Source: Candidatus Hydrogenedentota bacterium (GTDB lineage Bacteria; Hydrogenedentota; Hydrogenedentia; Hydrogenedentales; SLHB01). Taken from it: 64,000 nt of DNA. Each line of letters opens with the position of its first letter. Positions within the stretch are counted from its first letter, which is position 1. The stretch covers positions 352,001 to 416,000 of the forward strand of contig CAVUWV010000024.1 of NCBI GenBank assembly GCA_963745075.1, written 5' to 3'. A program made the translations under genes and the position numbers. Positions 1-9,997 of this stretch are shown here, piece after piece. Below the pieces are notes generated by a model. The model saw only the letters and a list, made by a program, of their open reading frames with translations, was not told where the DNA came from and made no database searches.

Positions 1-117
1 CGCCGTATCATCCGTTTCCCCATCGCCCTTTGCCCCTGCGTCCCGTACGTTCCAATCGGCCTGTGCGATCGGGACCGACAGCAAGATGGGCAGCAACAGA
101 CACAACACCTGTTTCAT
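1..117 (-). CDS. Secreted pectate-lyase-3/GH28-type beta-helix protein, N-terminal part (runs off window start)
   Basis: Not in the ORF track; translated by hand: MKQVLCLLLPILLSVPIAQA-DWNVRDAGAKGDGETDDTA. Signal peptide followed by the NVxDxGAKGDGxTDDTA motif; AGGGGG SD upstream. Confidence 0.8.
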   Translation of the reverse strand, partial: MKQVLCLLLPILLSVPIAQADWNVRDAGAKGDGETDDTA

Positions 118-146
118 AGTGAGATTCCCCCTATCGGTGCGCCCCG

Positions 147-467
147 TCACTCCTCGGCCATGAGTTCATCGAGACTTTCGGACATGAAGAACAGTTGCGA
201 CGCCGATGCGATCTGCGATGCGACCATCAACGCCTCTGCAACTTCCTCCTTGCTGGCGCCGGCGCGTATGGCGTCTTTTCCGTGCGCTTCGACGCAGTGT
301 TCGCACCGCATCACGAGGCCCACCGCCGCGGCGATCAATTCTTTCGTTTTCGCGTCGAGCACACCTTGCGATTTCACCGCACGATAGAACGCGTACCAGC
401 CTTCGGCATGTTCCGGGGCCCGCTTCCCAAACCAATACTTCGCCATCGGGGATTTGCTCGTTGACAT
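147..467 (-). CDS. Carboxymuconolactone decarboxylase / AhpD-like family protein
   Basis: LDAKTKELIA...RCEHCVEAH...AIRAGASKEEVAEA motif with CxxC; ATG at 467 preceded by AGGAGG. Confidence 0.85.
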   Translation of the reverse strand: MSTSKSPMAKYWFGKRAPEHAEGWYAFYRAVKSQGVLDAKTKELIAAAVGLVMRCEHCVEAHGKDAIRAGASKEEVAEALMVASQIASASQLFFMSESLDELMAEE

Positions 468-700
468 GAGTACCTCCTGATTCTGCTTCACTTTGTCCAA
501 TTCAACCGCACGTGAAAACGGCGCGAGCACTTAACCGGACTTGGCATCCATATTGGCGTATAGTGTCGGGCAATCGCAATTGATGGTCCAAAACCTCTCC
601 GGAAGAATGAACCGCGACCGCGGAAGACACGTAGTAGTCTTTGTACTGATAGGACTACAGTCTTGAACATAGCGCACAGGTAAAGGTCGGAGGACCAAAG

Positions 701-1249
701 ATGAGAATCAAGATAATCGTAGTCTTGCCAGTATTGCTTGCGCTGTGTGCCGTGCCGGGCAACGCTCTACAAGAGTTCTTCGGGGCGGGTCCGGTGCCTC
801 ATAGCGCAAGTTGGCCTAACGGATTGGCGGCCTTGGTTGACGAAGATTCGCGTTTCGCTGCTACCCTTGGGTTTGCAGACGCATGGGCGTTCTACACAGG
901 CGATACCGATGATCTAAATGCCTTTCTCGCGACTTGTGCCCGACTGGAGGACACACGCCTGCAACTCGTGCTGCATCCCGGACCGATGCCCGTCGACATG
1001 AAGCGCCACGACAACACCGACCGTACCCTGAACGCCGACTGGGTGCTGCACGTTGCCGAAACGTACCAGGGCCGAACCAACGCAGACGCTTTCGAGGGGA
1101 GAAACATTGCCGTGACGATCGACGTCTATCTTGGTGGACAAGTCGGTCTCGCTGCCCTGAACGTTCCCAGTGATTTTGATGTACTTTCGGGCGGCGAGAT
1201 TGAGGCGTTCGTTGAGGCCCATGAAGCGAATCAACATGCGAAGAATTGA
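701..1249 (+). CDS. Hypothetical exported protein
   Basis: 182-aa ORF, GGAGG SD, N-terminal signal peptide; no recognisable family. Confidence 0.7.
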   Translation: MRIKIIVVLPVLLALCAVPGNALQEFFGAGPVPHSASWPNGLAALVDEDSRFAATLGFADAWAFYTGDTDDLNAFLATCARLEDTRLQLVLHPGPMPVDMKRHDNTDRTLNADWVLHVAETYQGRTNADAFEGRNIAVTIDVYLGGQVGLAALNVPSDFDVLSGGEIEAFVEAHEANQHAKN

Positions 1250-1329
1250 GCGCGGCAAGGTTCTGCACGCCACGCGTGTAAGGTCCAGATTACTTCCGGG
1301 AATGAAGTCTCTAGCGATTCAGCCGTGTC

Positions 1330-1611
1330 TCACCCTCCCGACACAGCCTGCAGGATCGTAATCCGGTCGCCAGGTTGGATGGAAACTTCGAGCGTATCGA
1401 GCCACCGGGTATTCTGATCGTTGTACAGAATGACCACGTGTCGCCGAATTTCCCCGTGGTCTTCATACAGGTGTGACTGCAACAGCGGATACTTCACAAC
1501 AAGTTCGTCAAGGCATTCCCGCAACGTTTCGCCGGAAACTTCAATTTCCCTTGCACCCCCCGTGGCATTGCCAAGCAGAAGGGGTATCGCGACTGGAACG
1601 GCAACATTCAC
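1330..1611 (-). CDS. moaD: MoaD/ThiS family ubiquitin-like sulfur carrier
   Basis: 93 aa beta-grasp-like sequence ending GDRITILQAVSGG (C-terminal di-Gly); GTG start with GAGGA SD. Confidence 0.88.
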   Translation of the reverse strand: MNVAVPVAIPLLLGNATGGAREIEVSGETLRECLDELVVKYPLLQSHLYEDHGEIRRHVVILYNDQNTRWLDTLEVSIQPGDRITILQAVSGG

Positions 1612-2820
1612 TCGGCAATCTTCCTCATAGTCTGCTTCGTAGTCTTCCTCGTACTCGTAATCTTACGCATGCTCGTACACGTACTCGTGCTCGTACTCGT
1701 ACTCGTACTCGAAGTAAGACGCATGGATCGACACGCGGTTACGAAGTCCACAACCGCAACGCTCACGCTGGTGATTCGCGGCAACGCACACGGCATCGCT
1801 TCCCATTGCTCGCCGCCGTCGCGTGAATAGAAGACCTGCCCACCCGTCGTGCCGAAATACACGCCGGGGCTATCGCAGGAATCCGCCGCCATGGCCTGCC
1901 GCAACACGCCGACGTAGGCGCTGTCCGGAAGTCCCGACCGTAACGGCTCCCACGAGTCGCCGCCGTTCGTCGTGCGGTAGACCGTCAAACGTCCGTCAGC
2001 CGCGAACCGAAATTCGTCGCTTTCTTGCGGCACGATGTAGAGCGTATCGGAATCGTTCGGAAGCATGACCATGGGAAACCCGAAATTATTGGGAATTCCG
2101 TTTTCGATGCGCTCCCACTTCTTCCCGCCGTTCGTGCTGCGGAACACTCCGCGATGGTTCTGTTGGAACAACCGCTCGGGATTGCGCGGGTCGAGGATCA
2201 TCCGGTGTACGCAGGTACCGATATCCTTGTGCGTCTTGCCTTCAACGATGATATCGAGTCCGTCGTTACTCGATTCCCAGGTCTTGCCCGCGTCCTCCGA
2301 ACGAAACACGCCGACCGCCGATATTCCGACCCACATGCGATTCTCATTCGTGGGATCCAGCAAGATCGAATGGCAACACAGTCCACCCGCGCCCGGGGCA
2401 CCATTCCTCGCGGGTCGGATGGCCGGAGAGTCCGCTCACTTCTTCCCAGTGCCAGCCGCTGTCGTGGCTGACGAAAAGGCCGGCCTCGTCGACGCCCGCG
2501 TACAACACGCCGGATTCGCTGGCGCGCCCGGGTACGACGCACCAGACGTTGTTGAGCGTGTGACTCGATTCATACTTGGGGACGTGTTCCACCTGCTGCC
2601 ACGTCTGGCCCAAGTCCGCAGAGATGTGTATGGCCGGGCCATAAATGAAGTGCCCGACCGCTGCATAGAGCGTCGGCGCCGACCGCTGATCCAACGCCAG
2701 ATTGAAGACAGACCAGCCTTTCAGCAACGGCCCGGTAATTTCCCATGATTCACGCCGCTCGTCCGATGAAAACAGAAAGGCACCTTTTTGCGTACCGACC
2801 ATTACGAGGATTCGTGCCAT
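1608..2820 (-). CDS. BNR/Asp-box beta-propeller (sialidase-like) protein, split by a +1 frameshift near 2392-2394
   Basis: ORFs 2344..2820 and 1608..2363 both carry SxDxGxxW Asp-boxes. Removing one C at 2392-2394 joins them as EEWCPGAGGLCCHSILLDP. The true stop may be TAA at 1739-1741. Confidence 0.82.
1648..1713. repeat. Tandem CTCGTA hexamer repeat (REP-like)
   Basis: ctcgtactcgtaatc...ctcgtacacgtactcgtgctcgtactcgtactcgtactcgaa; about 7 units in 1672-1713; a related motif lies at 58405-58447. Confidence 0.7.
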
Positions 2821-2821
2821 G

Positions 2822-4372
2822 TTATCGCGTCGCCCTTATGTGAAACGCTTCCCATCCACCCTTTACCGAATACACCTTCGCACAACCCAGGTCGCGCATT
2901 TGCTTCGCAAGCTTCAGGCTGCGCATTCCGCGCGCGCAGCATAAGAGACAGAGATCATCGACACGGACCGGCGGCCGCTTCGGATCCCAGGCGCTCATGG
3001 CGATATGCTCGTGCCGGATGCCGTTCAATGGCAGGGGACGGGCTTGGACTTCGTCCAGTTCGCGAATGTCGATGATGCGGTACTGCCCCAGCCGTTCCGG
3101 TGCGAGCGCCAGTACGTCGACCAGGATATCCGCGGGCGGCAGGTACTCATCGCGATCGATCGTGCGAATGCGCGGGGTCGCACCGCACACCGGACACGCC
3201 TGCTGCTTCGGAACCTTAATGCGCTGAGACGCGTAGGTCAGGCAATTGAAGATCTCCATCTCGCTGCCCAACCCGTCCGGCAGTCCCAGAATGTATTTGA
3301 TCGCTTCCATGGCCTGCATCGTGCCGAGAATGCCCGGCACCGCGCCTAACACGCCGACTTCCGCGCAGGAACCCACGCACCCGGGCTCCGGAACTTCGGG
3401 CCATAAACAACGCAGACACGCGCCGCCCGAATCCGGACGGACGAACATGAGCTGCCCCTCATACTGATAGATGCTTGCGAACACGACGGGTTTCTTTGAC
3501 AGCACCGCCGCGTCATTGATGAGGAATTTGGTGGCAAAGTTGTCCGTGCAATCCAGGATGAGATCGTAAGGCGCAAAAATTTCCAGCACATTTCCCGGCG
3601 TCATCGGCGTCTCGTGCGTATGGACCTCGATAAACGCATTCTGTTTACGAATCCGCCTCGCCGCGAGTGCGGCTTTAGGTTCGCCAACGTCGGCGCAACG
3701 GTAGAGCGTCTGCCGGTGCAGATTGCTGGCTTCGAGCAGATCGCCCTCGCAGATGCCCAGGGTTCCCACGCCAGCCGCCGCAAGGTAGCTCAACACCGGC
3801 GATCCCAAACCGCCGGAGCCGACAACCAGCACCTTGCTCGCGCGCAGTTTGGCCTGACCCGCCTCACCAACTTCCGGCAATCGCGTCTGGCGCGCGTAGT
3901 AGTCCGATTCCGTGAATGAAGGGGGAGGGATTTCGCTCACCGCGTGGCTACCATGGGCGCAGCGTTCACAGTTCACCCAGCCTGAATCGCCGTCTACGTA
4001 GTGCTCCTTCTTCCAGATCGGAACGCGGGACTTAATCTCGTCGATCACATAGCGGCTGGCACGATACGCTTCATCCCGATGCGCCGCAGCGACACCGACC
4101 CACACCGCCAGTTCCCCAACCGCCAAATCGCCCACGCGATGAACGCAGCGCGCGTCCGATATACCGAACCGGTCGCGGGCCTCCCGTAGAATACGCTCGC
4201 CTTCTTTCACCGCAACGGCGTCATAGGCTTCATACTCGAGACGGTTCACCGTCCGTCCCTCGTTCCGGTTGCGGACCCATCCCTCGAACGTCACGCACGC
4301 ACCGGCCTCCGGCCGTGCCATCGCGCGTTTGAGTTCATCCGGATCAAGCGGAGTACTGCTCAGTGAAAACAT
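2822..4372 (-). CDS. MoaE-MoeB(ThiF)-rhodanese triple fusion (molybdopterin synthase catalytic domain plus adenylyl/sulfurtransferase)
   Basis: N-terminal MoaE motifs (FEGWVRNRNEG, LEYEAY, HRVGDL, VPIWKKEHY); ThiF core (YARQ, VGSGGLGSP, ASNLHRQ, DCTDNF, CLRC, SCAEVGVLG, CPVCG); C-terminal rhodanese (CCARGMRS, VYSVKGGWEA). Confidence 0.92.
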   Translation of the reverse strand: MFSLSSTPLDPDELKRAMARPEAGACVTFEGWVRNRNEGRTVNRLEYEAYDAVAVKEGERILREARDRFGISDARCVHRVGDLAVGELAVWVGVAAAHRDEAYRASRYVIDEIKSRVPIWKKEHYVDGDSGWVNCERCAHGSHAVSEIPPPSFTESDYYARQTRLPEVGEAGQAKLRASKVLVVGSGGLGSPVLSYLAAAGVGTLGICEGDLLEASNLHRQTLYRCADVGEPKAALAARRIRKQNAFIEVHTHETPMTPGNVLEIFAPYDLILDCTDNFATKFLINDAAVLSKKPVVFASIYQYEGQLMFVRPDSGGACLRCLWPEVPEPGCVGSCAEVGVLGAVPGILGTMQAMEAIKYILGLPDGLGSEMEIFNCLTYASQRIKVPKQQACPVCGATPRIRTIDRDEYLPPADILVDVLALAPERLGQYRIIDIRELDEVQARPLPLNGIRHEHIAMSAWDPKRPPVRVDDLCLLCCARGMRSLKLAKQMRDLGCAKVYSVKGGWEAFHIRATR

Positions 4373-4484
4373 ACGGGGTCTCCAGATACTGAACGCCTAC
4401 GCGCTGCGTTGCACCTCATTCACCGGCGGGTTCGGACGATTCACCTACCTGAACCAACCGCCAGCTCACAGCATTGACCGCACT

Positions 4485-4512
4485 ATTTTACCACACACCG
4501 CGTTCCCGTCAA
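4485..4512 (-). promoter_or_regulatory. Sigma70-type promoter for the moaE-moeB operon
   Basis: Minus strand TTGACG-N16-TAAAAT with a TG extended -10. Confidence 0.55.
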
Positions 4513-4680
4513 CCTGAGCATCGTGTTCTTGAAGTGCCTGCCACTCGGATGCCGACAGGCGTCGCCAACTAAGACAACCGAATCTTCTCCGGAACCGTGA
4601 TCGGTGGGATTCGCTTTGCTGATTTCGCGGGCGGTGGGGTTATATGGAGTAGAATGAGTTGAGAGTGCGGGGGACAGCGA

Positions 4681-7600
4681 ATGAGCCATGCGGGAGACGA
4701 ACTTCTACACGAATGGTGTGCAAAACGTGACGCCGAGGCGTTCCGCACCATCGTGGAGCGGCACGCGGGAATGGTTTACGCCACGTGCCGTCGCGTTCTA
4801 CGGGATTCTGTCGAAGCCGAGGATGTCACTCAGGAGTGCTTCGAGGCCTTGGTCTCAACGTCTCAACCCCCGTATCGATACCTGGGGCCCTGGCTTCACC
4901 GAGTTGCGACGAACCTATCCCTAAAACGGCTGCGGGAGTCGAGCCGCCGTACCGCGCGCGAACGCCAGTATGCGGATCTCCATGCCCATCCAGTTGCCCC
5001 CTCATGGGACGACATGTACGAACACGTCGATGAGGCCATCGCCCGGTTGCCCGAGAAACTGCGCATCCCGATTACCGCCCACTTTCTTGAAGGGATGACG
5101 CAGGAGGCCGTTGCGCAGCAGCTTGGAACTTCGCCACCCACCGTGCGCTATCGCATCAAGAAGGGTCTCGAACGGATCGGGGCGGACCTTCAGAAACGGC
5201 ACATCACGACGGGGGCGGGTACGCTGGCCGTACTCCTTGCCGGTCACCTCTCCGAGGCCGCCGAAGTTCCATCCGCCCTCACGGAGTCCCTGGGACGACT
5301 GGCGCTGGCCCAGGCGGGTCAAGGAGCCGGCGCGGCCGCAGGAGGATGGTTGGCCCACCAATTCCTTTTGAAAGCCTTAATCGTGGCGGCAATTCCGACT
5401 GCCACCATCGTAGCGACGTTCGTCGCGATCAACCACGATCGCGCGTCGCAGGTCGCGGCCGTTGATGAGCCAGGCGTTTCTTCGCCGACACCTCCCAAGA
5501 CGCCCGAAACCGATCAAAGTTCTGTGAGGGCCACACGAACCGAGCGTTCCGCCAGCTCGACCCCGGTTCACCAATTGGCGCCACTCTCCGAAGGAGTGCC
5601 CGCCGAGTTTCTATACCTCTTCGAGCCCATTGAGAAGGGACCCGGTGCCGTTTACGGTACCATCACAGATCCGGACGGAGAACCGCTGGCCGGCGCTCGC
5701 GTTACGTTGTTCCGCATGGACAGCTGGTGGAAGCACAGCTACGCAGAGACGGTCACCGACGCGAACGGCACGTACGAAATCACGGATCTGCCGGTGTCTC
5801 AGGCTTATTGGTTGACTGCGGTTTCGGACACGGGCGCTGCCAGCGGATACGTTGCGCTGTACCTCGTATCCGACTTGGAGAAGCGCTTTGCGCAGTTCGG
5901 ATCGGCGCGAATATTCCCCGGCAACGACCGGCCTGGTCCGCACGCTGGGCAGCGGTGCCGGAAGGACCTATCCATATCGCCTTTTAACGAACCCGCGTTC
6001 GCCGGTCGAGTACTCAGTGGGGAAGGGATGCCCGTCGAGGGGGCCCTTGTCGCGACGGCCGGCCGACCCTATCTCGAGTCGGGGCTCAGCATGAACGTGC
6101 GGACGGACCACGAGGGACGGTTTGCCGTTCACAACATCCTGTCCCCGGACAACGAGAGTTCGCTGGTGGCATACGCCAAAGGCTACGCGCCTACGACGAT
6201 TCATCATGTGCCGCCCCAGTCTTCCGGAAACGAGATCGTCCTTAAACCGGCTCATCGCGTTTCCGGTACTGCCCGCCTCAGGGATACGAATCAACCGGTC
6301 GCCGGCAAGCAGGTCACGCTACGAACCATCCGCGATCATGACCCCAGAAATGTTACGACTACTGATCGAAACGGGGAATTCACCTTCGATGGTCTTGCCG
6401 CGAAGACCTACGCGCTCAGCCTGACCGATACGGACGCGGGTCTCGCATCCATCGACGCACTTACGCTGGATCTTCGCGAGACCGAAGACATTGACGGCAT
6501 CCAACTCCTGGTCTCTTCAGGAGCGACCATCTCCGGGCGAGTTTATGTCGAGGAGACAAACGAGCCCATCGCGGGCGTTCGTCTACACATTGGGAGCACG
6601 CGAACCAGCGATTCAGTCCGTGAGGCGGTCACGGGACCCGATGGAACGTATCAACTGCGCTTTCTGCCCGCGGGCAAATACGGCATAAAGTGTCTCCCGC
6701 CGGAGAACGTGGTTCGCCATTCGCACCCAATGGATCAGGGCTGGCCCGGCCCTGGGAAGGAAGTTGAAGTGGGACCGGAGGAACAGCATACGGGAGTCGA
6801 CTTCGCGTTTCAGGGCGGTGTCTCCGTTTCAGGACGAGTCACTGACCCTGAAGGAAACCCGGTTGCGGGGGCGGGCCTGATCGCGGTGAATTCGCAGTCT
6901 CCGCGGGAGGGAGACTTCCATTCGGGCCAGGGGCTTCCCTTGCAGACCAGTGGTGTGCTTACCGATCAAGACGGGTATTACGTGCTACGCGGCTTTTCCC
7001 CGTCAGACGAATGGACGTACTCGATCCGAGTTGAAGCCTTGGGCTATGCCCGGTTCGAGTCAAACGCTTTTCAAGTCACAGGCGATATGGCGGACATCAA
7101 TTTTACGCTCGAACCCGCGGCTATCGTCTCTGGCCGCACCGTGACGCTAAAGGGGGAACCGTTGCCCCTCGTAGCACTGGCTCTGAAACCGGTCGATAGC
7201 AAGATTCTGCACGGTGGAATGAGTGGGTTCTCCGGCATGGATGGTCGGTTCACGCTTTCCACGGGTGTATTGCCGGGCGAGTACTATTTTGAGGCGGGCG
7301 GATTCTTCAATCCAAACCTTGACATTCCATTCAGCGGTCGTACGATGAACCCTCCCATTGTTGTCGAAGGCACGGTCCCGATCCAGGGAGTGCGCGTTGT
7401 TATTCCCATGAAGGACGAGTGTGCGACACTGTTGGGAAACGTCTTTGCCCAGGACACGTCGCTGGCCGTGTCGGATGCTAGAGTCGAAGTGGCGCAGGTT
7501 GTGGCGGAGAACGGCGACGACTACGGCGCGTCGGGGCACTTCGAAGCGGGACCGGGCACGGGAGAATTCCGTCTGACGAACGTGTTCCCTGGAACGGTCA

Positions 7601-8313
7601 CGTTGCGCGCTTGGGCGGAAGGCTATCCGAAACAGGAAGTCCACGCTTTGCGGGTTAAACTGGGCGCGAAGATTACCGATCTGCGCCTGGTCTTGCGACC
7701 GAAGAATGAGGTGACCGCGTCGATCGAGGGTATCGTATATGTCAATGGCTCTCGGGAACCGTCAACGGGGCGGAGCATTCGTTGCGAGCCGCTTGGCGCA
7801 AGAGAAGAATCGACGCAGCGCGCGGTTGCCCAGGACGGTACGTACCGACTCGAGGATCTTCAACCCAATCGATATTCGATAACCGCTTTCTCCAGCGGGC
7901 GGACACCGGACCAGCTGTCGAGGTGGATCCGCCTGGAGACGGTCACGGTGGATGCCGAGCCGGGGTTCACTTACACGCAGGATTTCGACCTCGGAGGTTC
8001 CTGTGCACTGCGCGGCCGGGTCGATGCGCCGGCGAACGCAGTCAACCTGCAGGTCACGGTGGGTATTCCCGGGACAACGCACGCTTCGTCCTTGTGGAAA
8101 CAGTGGCCGACCGAGTATCCGCAGGAAATCATAGGTGCGACGACACGTGTTGACAAAGGCAACTACGTTATCCGGCAGCTTCCGCCAGGAACGTACACCG
8201 TGACCGCGTCTTGCGTTCAGGCTCCACGAGGGCAAGACGCGAAGACCCTCATCGTCACCGACTCGATCATCCTTACAGATGGCCAGGAGTCCACACTCAA
8301 CTTCGCGTTCTAG
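4681..8313 (+). CDS. ECF sigma-70 factor fused to a TM segment and multiple carboxypeptidase-regulatory-like (beta-sandwich) repeats
   Basis: Region 2 (DAEAFRTIVERHAGMVYATCRRVL..AEDVTQECF) and region 4 HTH; hydrophobic segment around aa 230-250; about 9 repeats of type xxSGRVxDxxGxPVAGAxV. Confidence 0.9.
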   Translation: MSHAGDELLHEWCAKRDAEAFRTIVERHAGMVYATCRRVLRDSVEAEDVTQECFEALVSTSQPPYRYLGPWLHRVATNLSLKRLRESSRRTARERQYADLHAHPVAPSWDDMYEHVDEAIARLPEKLRIPITAHFLEGMTQEAVAQQLGTSPPTVRYRIKKGLERIGADLQKRHITTGAGTLAVLLAGHLSEAAEVPSALTESLGRLALAQAGQGAGAAAGGWLAHQFLLKALIVAAIPTATIVATFVAINHDRASQVAAVDEPGVSSPTPPKTPETDQSSVRATRTERSASSTPVHQLAPLSEGVPAEFLYLFEPIEKGPGAVYGTITDPDGEPLAGARVTLFRMDSWWKHSYAETVTDANGTYEITDLPVSQAYWLTAVSDTGAASGYVALYLVSDLEKRFAQFGSARIFPGNDRPGPHAGQRCRKDLSISPFNEPAFAGRVLSGEGMPVEGALVATAGRPYLESGLSMNVRTDHEGRFAVHNILSPDNESSLVAYAKGYAPTTIHHVPPQSSGNEIVLKPAHRVSGTARLRDTNQPVAGKQVTLRTIRDHDPRNVTTTDRNGEFTFDGLAAKTYALSLTDTDAGLASIDALTLDLRETEDIDGIQLLVSSGATISGRVYVEETNEPIAGVRLHIGSTRTSDSVREAVTGPDGTYQLRFLPAGKYGIKCLPPENVVRHSHPMDQGWPGPGKEVEVGPEEQHTGVDFAFQGGVSVSGRVTDPEGNPVAGAGLIAVNSQSPREGDFHSGQGLPLQTSGVLTDQDGYYVLRGFSPSDEWTYSIRVEALGYARFESNAFQVTGDMADINFTLEPAAIVSGRTVTLKGEPLPLVALALKPVDSKILHGGMSGFSGMDGRFTLSTGVLPGEYYFEAGGFFNPNLDIPFSGRTMNPPIVVEGTVPIQGVRVVIPMKDECATLLGNVFAQDTSLAVSDARVEVAQVVAENGDDYGASGHFEAGPGTGEFRLTNVFPGTVTLRAWAEGYPKQEVHALRVKLGAKITDLRLVLRPKNEVTASIEGIVYVNGSREPSTGRSIRCEPLGAREESTQRAVAQDGTYRLEDLQPNRYSITAFSSGRTPDQLSRWIRLETVTVDAEPGFTYTQDFDLGGSCALRGRVDAPANAVNLQVTVGIPGTTHASSLWKQWPTEYPQEIIGATTRVDKGNYVIRQLPPGTYTVTASCVQAPRGQDAKTLIVTDSIILTDGQESTLNFAF

Positions 8314-8322
8314 CGGAGTCGC

Positions 8323-9855
8323 TCATTCCAGCCGGCCGATGACCTCCTTCGCCTTCGCCTCGTAGAGCGCTTGCCACTCGGGGGCGAGGAGACATTCCGT
8401 GACTTCGTAGCCGCCCTTGGGGTATTCGGATGCGGGCGGACCGTAGTGGATGTAGCCGTTCGAGTAGGCGGCCATGAAGGTGTATTCGTAAGGCGACGCG
8501 TTTTTTACGTTAAGACCGACCTGAACGAGCACTTCCGCGGGAGACGTGACCAGTACAAAGTCGCCGATCTTGATGCCCAAGATCTCCGTCGTGACGGTCG
8601 GTTCGCCCGCGGCGGCATTGATCGCCTTGTGTCGTTCCAACGTCGCGATCTTGTCCTGGATGCGCGCGAGCTTCTCCATGGCCTCGATGTTTCGGAGGTA
8701 TTTGTCGATGTGACCACGATTCCACGCGTCGATATCAGACATTTCGTCGGTGCCGAGCATGTCGGACTGCAAATAGCGATACGAGTAGTAGAAGGGATGC
8801 TCGGGATCGAGCGAATACTTCAGGTACAGCGGCAGAAACGATTTGAAATTCAGACTCATCCCCCGCAATCCACGAAGCAGGTCCGACTGCTCCGCTTCCA
8901 ATTCCGCAATGCGTTCGTCGAAATCCGCCTTTCGTGGCAGTTCCAACGTCTCGGAGATGACGCTGAGTTTCGCGTCCTTCGTCTCGATACTGCTTACGGC
9001 CTTCAGCGTACTCAATCCCAGCATCATACCCAGCGGTTCCGAATCCCGCGGCCGGTTTGGATCCTTATACAGGATCGACGTAATGTCCCCGCCTGCGCCT
9101 TGGAGGAACAACGCCATCGCACCGTCACCGAGGCTGTCTTCGATGACCTTCGACGCGAACCCGGGGAAATCCGCCGTCACGCCGCCACGGGGGACTGTGA
9201 TGTAGGGATGACACGCGAAATTGTAGACCACCGCCAGGGGTCGTCCGTCCAACCGGTCGATGCGGAACACCCCAATCTCCGGGTCCATGGGCCCGACGCT
9301 TTCAACTTCGTCGTCCGGCGGACAGGGATTCGTGTGCCGGATGGTCCAGGCTTTGCCGTTCTTGAGTTGGAGCGTGCGGTTCATGGAGATCCGATCTTCG
9401 TGACCCGTGCCCGCGCCCACCTTCACCGGCGTCATGCTTTCCACGGCCCGGCGCACCGCATCGAAGGTCCGCTCGACCTGTTCGGCAGGCTCGCACACGA
9501 AATCGAGCGGCGGATGATTGTGCGACGCGTTTACCAGGACGTGGTTTCCCGGAAACCCCAATTCCTTCTCGATACGCGCGCGCAACGTGGGGAGGAAGTC
9601 GTCGTGGACCTCCCCAATACCGCCAATCGCCGTCACATCCATCGCAACGATGACCAACTTCGTCGCTCCGTCATCCAGCGCCAGCGCCTTCGCATACACC
9701 GGGTCGTTTATTCGCACCCCCTCCGCGTCCGTCGAGATGTCGCTCTTCGCCACCCCCGCTCGCAGGGCGTTGTTACCGGACTGCTCATCCGCCATGGCGA
9801 ACCCCGTTATCGCTATCAAGAAGATTGAGACTGCCAAGAGGCTTCGAACCATCAT
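8323..9855 (-). CDS. Exported neutral/alkaline ceramidase-like hydrolase
   Basis: Signal peptide from Met at 9855; LRAGVAKSDIS, DPVYAKALAL, ASHNH, YNFACHP, ADFPG, FLQGAGGD, YSNGYIHYGP, GGYE motifs. Confidence 0.75.
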   Translation of the reverse strand: MMVRSLLAVSIFLIAITGFAMADEQSGNNALRAGVAKSDISTDAEGVRINDPVYAKALALDDGATKLVIVAMDVTAIGGIGEVHDDFLPTLRARIEKELGFPGNHVLVNASHNHPPLDFVCEPAEQVERTFDAVRRAVESMTPVKVGAGTGHEDRISMNRTLQLKNGKAWTIRHTNPCPPDDEVESVGPMDPEIGVFRIDRLDGRPLAVVYNFACHPYITVPRGGVTADFPGFASKVIEDSLGDGAMALFLQGAGGDITSILYKDPNRPRDSEPLGMMLGLSTLKAVSSIETKDAKLSVISETLELPRKADFDERIAELEAEQSDLLRGLRGMSLNFKSFLPLYLKYSLDPEHPFYYSYRYLQSDMLGTDEMSDIDAWNRGHIDKYLRNIEAMEKLARIQDKIATLERHKAINAAAGEPTVTTEILGIKIGDFVLVTSPAEVLVQVGLNVKNASPYEYTFMAAYSNGYIHYGPPASEYPKGGYEVTECLLAPEWQALYEAKAKEVIGRLE

Positions 9856-9997
9856 GAGGAGAATTTCCCATCTGTTGAATTCATCCCAGCGTTCCGCCCA
9901 GGTCTTCCGGTGCATCGACACTACGCGAGGCGTGGCAGATTCGCAAGGGAGCCACGCATCGTCGCGAACATGTCTCAGGTCGAATCTATCGGTTCCT

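Noticed and set aside
634..658. GTAGTC...GACTAC inverted repeat between divergent genes
   Set aside because: Only 6 perfect bp and no cognate regulator adjacent.
8371..9828. 485-aa plus-strand ORF, and similar long antisense ORFs (e.g. 54645..56465, 37196..38338, 24638..25612)
   Set aside because: Shadow frames opposite well-supported genes; expected with GC-rich codon bias; no motifs.
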